A model generated the notes under the pieces. The model saw only the letters and a program-made list of their open reading frames with translations. It was not told the origin of the DNA and did not search any database. DNA of 62,425 bases, counting the filler. It is 4 parts of 4 records of this genome, joined end to end, with 100 filler letters (N's around TTAATTAATTAA, not from the genome) between each part and the next. Parts side by side here need not be neighbours in the genome. Positions count along the whole stretch, not along the records: positions 14,141 to 33,434 come from SRR20825006_9; 3 more parts are not named here. The stretch is one strand, 5' to 3'. The position numbers were made by a program, and so were the translations under genes. Below are positions 18,297 to 27,081 of the stretch, piece after piece (position 1 is the first letter of the stretch; each line of letters starts with the position of its first letter).

Positions 18297-18367
18297 GGTG
18301 TCGTGGCCGAGTGGCTAGGCAGTGGTCTGCAACACCATCTACAGCGGTTCGAATCCGCTCGACACCT
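18297..18367 (+). tRNA. tRNA-Cys(GCA)
   Basis: Acceptor GGTGTCG/CGACACC, anticodon arm GTGGT-CTGCAAC-ACCAT, T-arm GGTTCGAATCC, U discriminator, CCA not encoded. Confidence 0.96.
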
Positions 18368-18371
18368 CAAC

Positions 18372-18401
18372 AAAGACTCTTCAATTGAAGGGTCTTTTTT
18401 T
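18372..18401. terminator. Rho-independent terminator after tRNA-Cys
   Basis: AAAGACTCTTCAATTGAAGGGTCTTT plus T-run. Confidence 0.75.
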
Positions 18402-18414
18402 ATTTAATATATGT

Positions 18415-18990
18415 TTAGCTTCCTCGAACAACAATTTGATTAGCTTCTTTGATATTCTTTTGGGTCTTCGTAATTATTCTTATAAAATTAATTGTATCAT
18501 GTTTATTTGTAGGTACTTTAGAGACTTCTATTATCAATATAAATTGCTCATCAATAACAAATTGGTTGATCTCAGAATTCATTATTTCATCATCAATTTG
18601 AAATATGGCTGGATCTGAATCTAATTGAAGATAGGTTTCAGCTAATACTTTAAGTGTAACAAACTTAGGATTGTAATTTTCTTTAGTTATTATATTTACC
18701 TTTCCATAGTATTCTTCACCTTCAACCGTAAAGTTTTCTTTCTCTACATTGACCGACTTTATATTATCCGGATTTAAATATTTAAGTCCTTTTGTATTGT
18801 AGACTTGAATTCCATCTACAAGGTAAATCGGTCTTTTTACATCTGATGAACTTTGTAAACTATCTTTATAGATAACTGTTACTTCTGAATCTAAAGAGTA
18901 CTTGACAGTCTTCTTTTTATCATTTTCAATTTCTTGGCCTAATAAATTTATTGAAACTACTAGGAATAAAAACAATGTACATTTTTTCAT
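18415..18990 (-). CDS. Hypothetical secreted protein with TonB-receptor plug-like motifs
   Basis: Signal peptide, PIYLVDG...LNPDNIKSVNVEK...GKVNIITK. Confidence 0.65.
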   Translation of the reverse strand: MKKCTLFLFLVVSINLLGQEIENDKKKTVKYSLDSEVTVIYKDSLQSSSDVKRPIYLVDGIQVYNTKGLKYLNPDNIKSVNVEKENFTVEGEEYYGKVNIITKENYNPKFVTLKVLAETYLQLDSDPAIFQIDDEIMNSEINQFVIDEQFILIIEVSKVPTNKHDTINFIRIITKTQKNIKEANQIVVRGS

Positions 18991-19055
18991 ATTTATATTT
19001 TAACTATTTAAAATACAGTTGGATAAATATGATAAATATTTAAATAAGGAAAAAT

Positions 19056-19775
19056 TTATTTTCTTGAATTACCTAGACTATCTAAACCAAACTCATTCTC
19101 TGGTGCGATCTCCTCAATACGCTTTTCAATCTGATGAATTTTTGAAGGAAATAAACCTTTTGAGATCAATAATAAACCGAATAAGAACATCAACACGCTT
19201 ATAATTTGTTTTATAATAGCAATACGTGTTGGTGTTAGTTTGCTGCGTAATTTTTTAGCAAGTAGAATTTTAATAATATCAATGATTAGATAAGTGAGCA
19301 AAATGGTACCAAAAAATACCGTTAATCGCTCAGAATTCATGTCTAACTGTGGCCCGGCTGAAATAAGAATTACCAACCAAAACCCTAGTACTCCAATGTT
19401 AATAAAGTTGAGTAAAAAACCTTTTACAAAAAGCCCAAAATAGTTGCGTTTACTCATTACAACAGTAGGGTGCTCATCATCATCAAGTTTGTTTTTTTTA
19501 ACCCTTAAGAATGACATAATCCCATAAACTGCGAGTAACATCCCACCAAAAATATAAAGTGCAGGATCGTCTTTAAGTTTATCAAGTAGCTGATTAGTAC
19601 TAAAGTAGGCTATAAAAATAAATAAGGTATCTGCAGTAACGACACCTATATCAAATAGAACAGCTGCTCTAAAACCCTTTAGAGCAGCTGTTTCTAATAG
19701 TACAAAAAACACAGGTCCTACAAGAAAGGCAAGTAGAAAACCCAGTGGTATTGCTGTTGAAATGTCTTGTAGCAT
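19056..19775 (-). CDS. LysE family translocator
   Basis: GFLLAFLVGPVFF, GFRAA, KGFLLNFIN, six hydrophobic segments. Confidence 0.88.
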   Translation of the reverse strand: MLQDISTAIPLGFLLAFLVGPVFFVLLETAALKGFRAAVLFDIGVVTADTLFIFIAYFSTNQLLDKLKDDPALYIFGGMLLAVYGIMSFLRVKKNKLDDDEHPTVVMSKRNYFGLFVKGFLLNFINIGVLGFWLVILISAGPQLDMNSERLTVFFGTILLTYLIIDIIKILLAKKLRSKLTPTRIAIIKQIISVLMFLFGLLLISKGLFPSKIHQIEKRIEEIAPENEFGLDSLGNSRK

Positions 19776-19909
19776 TTAGAAGTAGGAAGTCTTTTTACTT
19801 CTTAGCAAGCTAGATCTTTAAGAAATAGCACTATGAAGTATTTTATTAAGATTCTACCCCCGGTTATTAACCGACGATTAGATTACAAAAGTAACCAAAT
19901 TGAACTAAA

Positions 19910-20581
19910 CTACTTCATCACACGTACGCGACCCCCTATAAATTTATCTTTGATGAGCTCTGTGGGATTTCCGTAAACGTCTACGTCGCCACCAGCTCTG
20001 ATCTTAACTTCGGCAGTTCTTCGGGCAAAAATATCTGCTTCTCCCCCAGCCTGAATGCGTATCGTGGTATCTGTAGTTTCTAGAGATTTTCCTTCAAAAA
20101 CTCCACCTGTATTTACTTCTACATTTTGATTTACAGCGCTTCCGCTTGCGGTAATAATTCCACCGGTTACAGCACGCATTTCTGCATTTTCTACCTTTAA
20201 ACCTGCAGTGACTTGAGCGCCTTCTTGAACTCTAATTTCAATTTTAGGTTGTTCAAGCAATTCGTTTACCACAATTTCTGCGCCTTCGTTACCGTCTATA
20301 ACTCTTAGATTATTATAATGAACTTCAACAAAAGTCTCGTTACCATCAAAGATCTTATCCAGATCCATACGTATTTTTAAAACGCCGTCTTTATTAACAA
20401 GTTCTATATAATCAGTGTCTTTACCTTTTAAATAAACTTTGTTTTCAGAATCTTTAATAAGGTTAACGCGCATGCGATCAAAAACTTTTACTTCGGTAAA
20501 ATCGCCAACGTCTTTGGTATCGTCTTGTGCATACGTTGCTCCTGCAGCCACAAATAGCACTGCCATGATTAGTTTTTTCAT
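19910..20581 (-). CDS. DUF2807 / head-GIN beta-helix domain protein
   Basis: Signal peptide, F-EVKV, GVLKI, repeated xxGG turns, C-terminal V-VYGNP. Confidence 0.85.
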   Translation of the reverse strand: MKKLIMAVLFVAAGATYAQDDTKDVGDFTEVKVFDRMRVNLIKDSENKVYLKGKDTDYIELVNKDGVLKIRMDLDKIFDGNETFVEVHYNNLRVIDGNEGAEIVVNELLEQPKIEIRVQEGAQVTAGLKVENAEMRAVTGGIITASGSAVNQNVEVNTGGVFEGKSLETTDTTIRIQAGGEADIFARRTAEVKIRAGGDVDVYGNPTELIKDKFIGGRVRVMK

Positions 20582-20641
20582 AAGAATTGATTTTTCGTAT
20601 TTAAAAGACCAATCGGTTTTTGATTTGTTACAGTAGCTATC

Positions 20642-22846
20642 TTATTGAATTGCCTCTTTAACGTCAACCAAAGTAAAATCAAGGTGCTTTTTAACAAGAT
20701 CTGCTTCTTTCACTTTAACATAAACCTCGTCCCCAAGAGTAATCGTGGCTCCGGTTTTGCGACCTACAATAGCATATTTCTCCTGATCAAAATCAAAATG
20801 ATCGCCTTTAATGTCTCTTAAACGAATCATCCCCTCACATTTATTGTCTATGATCTCTACATAAATACCCCATTCGGTTACTCCGGAAATCACTCCTAAG
20901 AAGGTTTCATCTTTGTGATCTTGCATAAACTTCACCTGCATATATTTGATAGAATCGCGCTCAGCACTAGTAGCCAGATATTCCATATCACTACTGTGTT
21001 TACATTTAGATTCGTATTCTTCTTCTGAAGCAGATTTACCTTGATCTAGATAATGCTGTAAAAGGCGATGTACCATTACATCAGGATAACGGCGTATTGG
21101 CGAAGTAAAATGCGTATAATACTCAAAAGCCAACCCGTAGTGTCCAATATTGTCTGTACTATATATCGCTTTGCTCATCGTACGAATAGCAAGTGTGTCT
21201 ATTAGGTTTTGTTCTTTTTTACCAACAACATCAGTAAGAAGGTTATTTAAAGAAGCGGTGGTACTTTTTCGATCTTTAAGATTCATTTTATAACCAAAAC
21301 GTCCTGCGATAGTTTGCAAAGCTGCAAGCTTCTCATCGTTTGGTTCGTCGTGAATACGATAAACAAATGTTTTCTTTGGGGATTGCTTACCAATAAATTC
21401 TGCAACTTTTCTATTGGCCAAAAGCATAAATTCTTCAATTAGCTTATTTGCATCTTTTGAAGTTTTAAAGAAAACTCCAACCGGATCATTTTCTTGATCG
21501 AGTTCAAATTTTACTTCCACTTTATCAAAAGAAATCGCACCATCTTTCATACGTTGCCTACGCATAATTTTTGCGATTCTGTCTAGTTCTAAAGTAGCAT
21601 TTACAATAGCAGGATCTACGTTATATGACTTTCCGGTAAGCGAAATGTCCTCAGGAATCAATCCTTCTCTGGTTTCTATAATTTGTTGCGCTTCTTCATA
21701 TGCAAAACGTGCGTCACTATAGGTTACTGTGCGCCCAAACCATTGCTTTTTAACTTTACCCGAAGATTTGTCTAATTCAAAAACTGCAGAGAAAGTATAC
21801 TTTTCTTCATTAGGTCGTAACGAACAAGCATTATTTGATAAGATCTCAGGCAACATGGGCACCACACGATCTACTAAATACACCGAAGTCGCACGTTCAT
21901 ACGCCTCCTCATCCAATATAGTTCCCGGAATAACATAATGTGAAACATCTGCAATGTGAATTCCTACCTCGTAGTTTCCATTTTCTAAAACCTGAAAACT
22001 CAACGCATCATCAAAATCCTTTGCATCTTTAGGATCAATAGTAAATGTGAGCACATCCCGCATGTCGCGACGCTTAGCAATCTCCTCTGCTTTTATGCTT
22101 GTATCAATGTTATTAGCATAGGCTTCAACCTCTTCAGGGAAATCATGGGGCAAGCCATATTGCGCTAAAATTGAATGAATCTCTGTATTATGTTCTCCTG
22201 GTAAGCCCAGTACTTTAATCACTTTTCCAAAAGGCGAATCTGCTTTCTCCGGCCAGTCTTCAATCTTTACGAGCACTTTTTCACCATCCTGCGCTCCGTT
22301 CAATTTATTCTTCGGAACAAAAATATCGGTACGCATTTTTCCTTCTGCGGAAGTATTTACAAAAGCAAAGTTCTTTTGCATCTGCACTACACCTACGAAT
22401 TCGTCTGTTTTGCGTTCCAGAATTTCTACAATCTCCCCTTCGTGTTTTTTGCTTCGGCGTTGTTTGTAAACATATACTTTAACCGTATCACCATGCAAGG
22501 CCTTATTCATGTTGTTCTTAGGAATATAAATATCCTGTTCCATTCCTTCTACAACAACATAACCATCTCCACGAGAAGTAGCATCTAGTGTTCCTGTATG
22601 ATAATGAGAGGTCGCGTTAAAGCTGTATTTGCCACGCTCTTTCTCTTCGATATGTTTTTTTGCGGTAAGTTGTGAGAGCTTTTTTACGATCTCGTTACGG
22701 CTGTTTGGGTCATCCACTTGAAGTTTAGCCGCAATTTGTTTATGATTGAATAATTTACCGGGTTCTCTTTTTAAAATTTTTAAAATCTTTTGAGTGAGAT
22801 CACCGATTTGAGTATTTGATCTTCTTCTTCTCTTTTTATTTGGCAT
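20642..22846 (-). CDS. rnr: Ribonuclease R
   Basis: TIDPKDAKDFDDA RNB active site, HFTSPIRRYPD, cold-shock and S1 domains. Confidence 0.96.
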   Translation of the reverse strand: MPNKKRRRRSNTQIGDLTQKILKILKREPGKLFNHKQIAAKLQVDDPNSRNEIVKKLSQLTAKKHIEEKERGKYSFNATSHYHTGTLDATSRGDGYVVVEGMEQDIYIPKNNMNKALHGDTVKVYVYKQRRSKKHEGEIVEILERKTDEFVGVVQMQKNFAFVNTSAEGKMRTDIFVPKNKLNGAQDGEKVLVKIEDWPEKADSPFGKVIKVLGLPGEHNTEIHSILAQYGLPHDFPEEVEAYANNIDTSIKAEEIAKRRDMRDVLTFTIDPKDAKDFDDALSFQVLENGNYEVGIHIADVSHYVIPGTILDEEAYERATSVYLVDRVVPMLPEILSNNACSLRPNEEKYTFSAVFELDKSSGKVKKQWFGRTVTYSDARFAYEEAQQIIETREGLIPEDISLTGKSYNVDPAIVNATLELDRIAKIMRRQRMKDGAISFDKVEVKFELDQENDPVGVFFKTSKDANKLIEEFMLLANRKVAEFIGKQSPKKTFVYRIHDEPNDEKLAALQTIAGRFGYKMNLKDRKSTTASLNNLLTDVVGKKEQNLIDTLAIRTMSKAIYSTDNIGHYGLAFEYYTHFTSPIRRYPDVMVHRLLQHYLDQGKSASEEEYESKCKHSSDMEYLATSAERDSIKYMQVKFMQDHKDETFLGVISGVTEWGIYVEIIDNKCEGMIRLRDIKGDHFDFDQEKYAIVGRKTGATITLGDEVYVKVKEADLVKKHLDFTLVDVKEAIQ

Positions 22847-23050
22847 TAAATGCTTTTATTAATTAGTGCAAAATTAGCGTTAATCGTATTAACTTAAGTC
22901 GTGTTTAGGTGAACTTTTAGTTAATCTTAGTATTTCATTATCAAATAAATACATATTTAACAGTAACATGATCAAGATTTAATTTCAAAACAATTGTTTT
23001 TGTTAAAAAAACCTTAATTTTGTTCTATTCATTAATCAAAACTTTTCTTT

Positions 23051-23155
23051 ATGAAAACGTTTAAATTGAAACGCTATAGAATAGCACTGCTCTTTATAGG
23101 AATATTCATCCTGGGATTCGTAGCTGTTTTATCCTACGTCAATTCAATTTTTTAA
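23051..23155 (+). CDS. Unannotated 34-aa single-TM microprotein MKTFKLKRYRIALLFIGIFILGFVAVLSYVNSIF
   Basis: ATG...TAA ORF read directly; basic N-terminus plus hydrophobic helix; TAATTTTG promoter at 23015-23022 and terminator at 23182-23210. Confidence 0.6.
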   Translation: MKTFKLKRYRIALLFIGIFILGFVAVLSYVNSIF

Positions 23156-23181
23156 TACAATCAATCACTTTTAAAAGTACT

Positions 23182-23210
23182 AAAGGAACTCTAAACAGGG
23201 TTCCTTTTTT
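23182..23210 (+). terminator. Rho-independent terminator of the microprotein gene
   Basis: AAAGGAACTCT-AAAC-AGGGTTCCTTT plus T-run. Confidence 0.75.
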
Positions 23211-23269
23211 ATTATAAATACATTTCAAGTAGAGTCAGCTAAGTTTCCCAATTCAAAATAGTCTTCAAA

Positions 23270-23800
23270 AACAGTTTTCAACAGTATACATATATATCAT
23301 TTTTCTTTTTTAAAATTTAAATTAAAACTGATGGTTATTATAGTCTGTTAATAGCGGTATAACTTGGGGATCTTAAAATTTGGTTTTTTAGTTATGGGTA
23401 GATATTAACGCTTTATTCCATACTTTTAAATATAATTTTTAATTGATTTATAAGCTTTTAGTAAACGCTGTTAACAATTGTTGATAACCTGAATTAAATG
23501 CATTTTTTGAATAAAACGTTATCAACACTTATTAAAAATGAGCTCTTTTTATGCTCATAATTTGAAAAGAAAATTCAACAAGATTTTCTTGCATGATATT
23601 ACCTAAGATCTGCTTTGTAATTTTTTCTCATTAAAGCAATTTTCATTTTACTTTTTTGACGACAACTTATAAACAGTCATGTTAACTAAATGTTAACTTA
23701 TTGAAAACGAGCACTATCACGTGTTTTGTAAACTGCATTGTATTCTTAATCAGATAGCTTACTATTTTTTAATGTTCAAACGCTAATAACAGTCTGCTTT
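23270..23800. other. Candidate chromosomal replication origin (oriC-like DnaA-box array)
   Basis: Multiple TTATCAACA-type boxes on both strands; tandem boxes followed by trio-like repeats and an AT-rich tract on the - strand; no long ORF. Confidence 0.6.
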
Positions 23801-23942
23801 TTGGGTCTGATTTGTAGCTTTAACTATAGCTATTAAGTGAGCTTTTAAAAGTTTCCATCAAAGGATTCGAAGATGTGTAGCTAGATAAAGAAATTCTCTC
23901 TAAAAATTAGATATTGCAACAAAACTAAAACTTAGAACCCCA

Positions 23943-24386
23943 ATGATGACTATTGAAATTAAAGCGTTTAATGAACTTACCTTAGACAGTTTATACGAAG
24001 TACTCCAATTGCGCGCTGAAGTATTTGTTGTAGAACAAAATTGCCCATACCAAGATGTTGACGGTAAAGATCAAAAGGCCATGCACATTCTAGGTTATCA
24101 TAAGGAGCAACTGGTAGCCTATACACGCGTTTTTAAACCCGGATATTATTTTGATAACGCTAGCATAGGTCGCGTGGTTGTAAAAGAAAATACGAGACAA
24201 TACGGTTTTGGAAAAGATATTATGAAAGCTTCTATTGCCTTTATTGAAAATACCTTAGATCTGAGCACAATAGAATTGTCTGCACAAACCTATTTAAAGA
24301 AGTTTTACAACGACCTTGGATTTAAGGAAATTGGAGAAGGTTATCTAGAAGATGATATTCCGCATATACGTATGATAAAAAAATAA
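23943..24386 (+). CDS. GNAT family N-acetyltransferase (ElaA-like)
   Basis: LRAEVFVVEQNCPYQDVDGKD, IGRVVV, LSAQTYL--FY--LGF, YLEDDIPH. Confidence 0.92.
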   Translation: MMTIEIKAFNELTLDSLYEVLQLRAEVFVVEQNCPYQDVDGKDQKAMHILGYHKEQLVAYTRVFKPGYYFDNASIGRVVVKENTRQYGFGKDIMKASIAFIENTLDLSTIELSAQTYLKKFYNDLGFKEIGEGYLEDDIPHIRMIKK

Positions 24387-24423
24387 GCGACTAAAAGATC
24401 CTATATAATTCGCCGCCGCCAAT

Positions 24424-24449
24424 AAAAAAAGCCGCAATCTGCGGCTTTT
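24424..24449. terminator. Bidirectional terminator
   Basis: AAAAAAAGCCGCA-ATC-TGCGGCTTTT between convergent genes. Confidence 0.8.
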
Positions 24450-24470
24450 AATATGTTTATAACTGGATGT

Positions 24471-24848
24471 TTAAATCTTCACCGGAGTCATATCAAGATT
24501 GATACTATTCAAGGTATCATCAGTAAATTTATAATGACCTCTAGTGGTAAAGATTTTAAACTTAAAATTCTTCATCGAACTCAAAGTATCTAAAAATAAC
24601 CATTTTGACTTCAGTAGTCTGGGTTTTTTAGATTTTAAACTCAGTTCAAAAATATGCTTTTCACCATCGCGTTCCGCTACAATATCTGGTGTGATTGATA
24701 CTTCGCTTCCGCGTCTGATATACGATTTAGGAGACTCAAAACCGTCTGTATCGGCTTTGATATTTTCATATCCTCGGTCTTCTAAATAGCTTATCGCTGT
24801 TCCTAAAATTTCTGTGTTCTTATCGGTATCCTTATCTATAGTTATCAT
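24471..24848 (-). CDS. Hypothetical protein, possible PD-(D/E)xK-like fold
   Basis: YL--RGY, ITPDIVA...HIFEL, KW. Confidence 0.7.
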   Translation of the reverse strand: MITIDKDTDKNTEILGTAISYLEDRGYENIKADTDGFESPKSYIRRGSEVSITPDIVAERDGEKHIFELSLKSKKPRLLKSKWLFLDTLSSMKNFKFKIFTTRGHYKFTDDTLNSINLDMTPVKI

Positions 24849-24999
24849 ATATATAACATAAGAGATAGCGATTAAATTACTACTAATTTAAAGTTAAAGA
24901 ACTGGTTATTAATGTTAAACCATTTCTTAAATGTAGTATTTTGTAATAAAATAATAGTATATTAAAGACTTTTGGTTAATTAAGTATAACCCTGAAAAT

Positions 25000-26625
25000 C
25001 TATCGGTTGAGAATTTTTGCATAGCGCTGTGGATCTTGGAGTACTTTTTTAGCCTCTTCAATTTCCTCATTGTGTGAAAGTTGATATTTATATAAACCTT
25101 CGCGATAAAAATACCGCTTTACAAGTTCGTCAATAATCAATTTAGAAATCTCACGTTCTTTTCTATTCAATTGCTCCTTTTTAGCAACATCAATGGTACG
25201 CATCAAGTTAGCGTACTCACTGCTGATATCATCCTGTAAATTATCTTTAGATGCGTCTAGGTAAACTTCTTCAAGATCTTTTTCAGTTTGGGTTTGATAC
25301 TCAAAACCTTGCTTGTCTAAGTACGTTTTAAATGCCGTATAATCTGCATTGGTGAATTTAAAATCAGAGATGTCGTTATATTTATGTTTATAAAAATAAT
25401 CAGTAGCAAAATCAAAGATCGCTTGATCGCGTAGTAGTGCTTCGGTGATCGCGCTCATTCCTGCTGATTCAATTTGAATATCGGGCAAAATTCCGCCGCC
25501 GTCATAGACCTTGCGACCGGTGCTTGTTTTGAATTCGTTGTAATCTTCGGCATTTGTGCGTATTGCATTACCGTTATCATCCCGATTCCAATAATCTAAA
25601 GCTTGAATACATCTACCACTTGGGGTGTAATATCTAGAGATGGTGATCTTTAATTGCGTGCCGTAAGTAAGCTCTTTAGGCCGCTGCACCAAACCTTTAC
25701 CAAAACTACGTGCGCCCACCACCACTGCTCTATCATAATCTTGCAATGAGCCTGATACGATCTCGCTCGCCGATGCACTGCGACCGTTGATCAAAACTGC
25801 TACCGGGATTTCCGTATCTAACGGCTCTTTTGGCGTATAATATTCCTGATTGTATTTCTCAATAACCGATTTTGTGTTGGTGATCAATTTACCCTTCGGA
25901 AGAAATAAATTACTCACATTTATCGCTTCGGTTAAAAGTCCGCCGGGATTACCTCTCAAGTCTAAAATAAGCGAAGTTGCTCCTTGCTCTTTTAAATCCT
26001 TAATAGCTGCAGCAGTCTCTGATGAAGCTTTTTTATTGAATTTTGAAAGCACCACATACCCTATTTTTCCATCAATAAGCGTGTAATACGGCACTGCGTT
26101 GATATCAATTTCTTCTCTGGTCAGACTGGTGGTTTGAAGTTTACCTTGACGTTTGTATGTAATAGGAATACTCGTTCCTGGAGCTCCTTGTAACAGATCA
26201 CCGGCATCTTCTTCAAAGTCTGCGATGTTGATATCTCCTATCTTTATCAACTCATCTCCCGCTTGTAAACCGGCTTTATCAGCAGGATAATCTTTATAAG
26301 CTTCTAAAATTGTGATGGTTTTATTACGCGTTAATACCGAAGCGCCAATCCCCGTATATTCTCCACTGTTACTTATGCGCGCATCTTCAACCTCTTGCTC
26401 TGTCCAGTATTTTGTATAAGGGTCCAGATCTGCCAGCATTCCTTCAATAGCGCTATCCATTAGCTCCGCCGGATTTACCTCATCTACATAATTCATATTG
26501 AGCTCTTTGAACAAAGTGGTAAAGATTTCTATCTGCTTGGCGATTTCAAAAAAGTCACTTTTAAAACTTACGGTTGTAAATAAAATAAGGACCGCTGTTA
26601 CTGAGATGAGTATGCGCTTTTTCAT
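25000..26625 (-). CDS. S41 family C-terminal processing peptidase
   Basis: LDPYT, PDZ GIG, DLRGNPGG, SASASE, SFGKGLVQ. Confidence 0.95.
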   Translation of the reverse strand: MKKRILISVTAVLILFTTVSFKSDFFEIAKQIEIFTTLFKELNMNYVDEVNPAELMDSAIEGMLADLDPYTKYWTEQEVEDARISNSGEYTGIGASVLTRNKTITILEAYKDYPADKAGLQAGDELIKIGDINIADFEEDAGDLLQGAPGTSIPITYKRQGKLQTTSLTREEIDINAVPYYTLIDGKIGYVVLSKFNKKASSETAAAIKDLKEQGATSLILDLRGNPGGLLTEAINVSNLFLPKGKLITNTKSVIEKYNQEYYTPKEPLDTEIPVAVLINGRSASASEIVSGSLQDYDRAVVVGARSFGKGLVQRPKELTYGTQLKITISRYYTPSGRCIQALDYWNRDDNGNAIRTNAEDYNEFKTSTGRKVYDGGGILPDIQIESAGMSAITEALLRDQAIFDFATDYFYKHKYNDISDFKFTNADYTAFKTYLDKQGFEYQTQTEKDLEEVYLDASKDNLQDDISSEYANLMRTIDVAKKEQLNRKEREISKLIIDELVKRYFYREGLYKYQLSHNEEIEEAKKVLQDPQRYAKILNR

Positions 26626-26679
26626 AGAAATTATTTTTTAGGTATTGCTTTTAGAAAGATACTAAGAAAGCAAAGAAAT

Positions 26680-27075
26680 TTAAAAACCGGCCTCTTGATC
26701 TGTTGTGGCTGTTTTAGCATTAAACTTTGCAATAAGCTTCAACATCGCTTTTTCTAATTGGGTATAAGAAGCTATTTCTTTGCCGGTATAGATAAACATA
26801 AACGCAAAAGTCTTATCATTTGTTTGAAACTGCGTTTTGTTTTTTCGATAAACTTCGCGCATTAAGCGCTTTAACCTGTTGCGTGTTACCGCTTTTTTAT
26901 GATTGCGTTTTGCTACAGAAACGCCGGATTGTATGGGTACTTGTTCTTCTGACAAAGCGGTTGGGACGTAAAACAATAACAGCGGATAACTGTTTACCTT
27001 TTGACCTTCGGTAAACAATTTATCCAGTAGTTTTTTACGCTTTAAATGCTCCTTTTTAGGGAAAGTTTGATCCAT
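26680..27075 (-). CDS. rnpA: Ribonuclease P protein component
   Basis: SVAKR--KKAVTRNRLKRLMRE-YR (RNR motif). Confidence 0.93.
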   Translation of the reverse strand: MDQTFPKKEHLKRKKLLDKLFTEGQKVNSYPLLLFYVPTALSEEQVPIQSGVSVAKRNHKKAVTRNRLKRLMREVYRKNKTQFQTNDKTFAFMFIYTGKEIASYTQLEKAMLKLIAKFNAKTATTDQEAGF

Positions 27076-27081
27076 AACTTT

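Noticed and set aside
18322..18618. 98-aa ORF on the + strand
   Set aside because: Overlaps tRNA-Cys, its terminator and the opposite-strand gene
19778..19885. Hairpin in the lysE 5' leader as a riboswitch
   Set aside because: A single AT-rich stem with no recognisable aptamer motif
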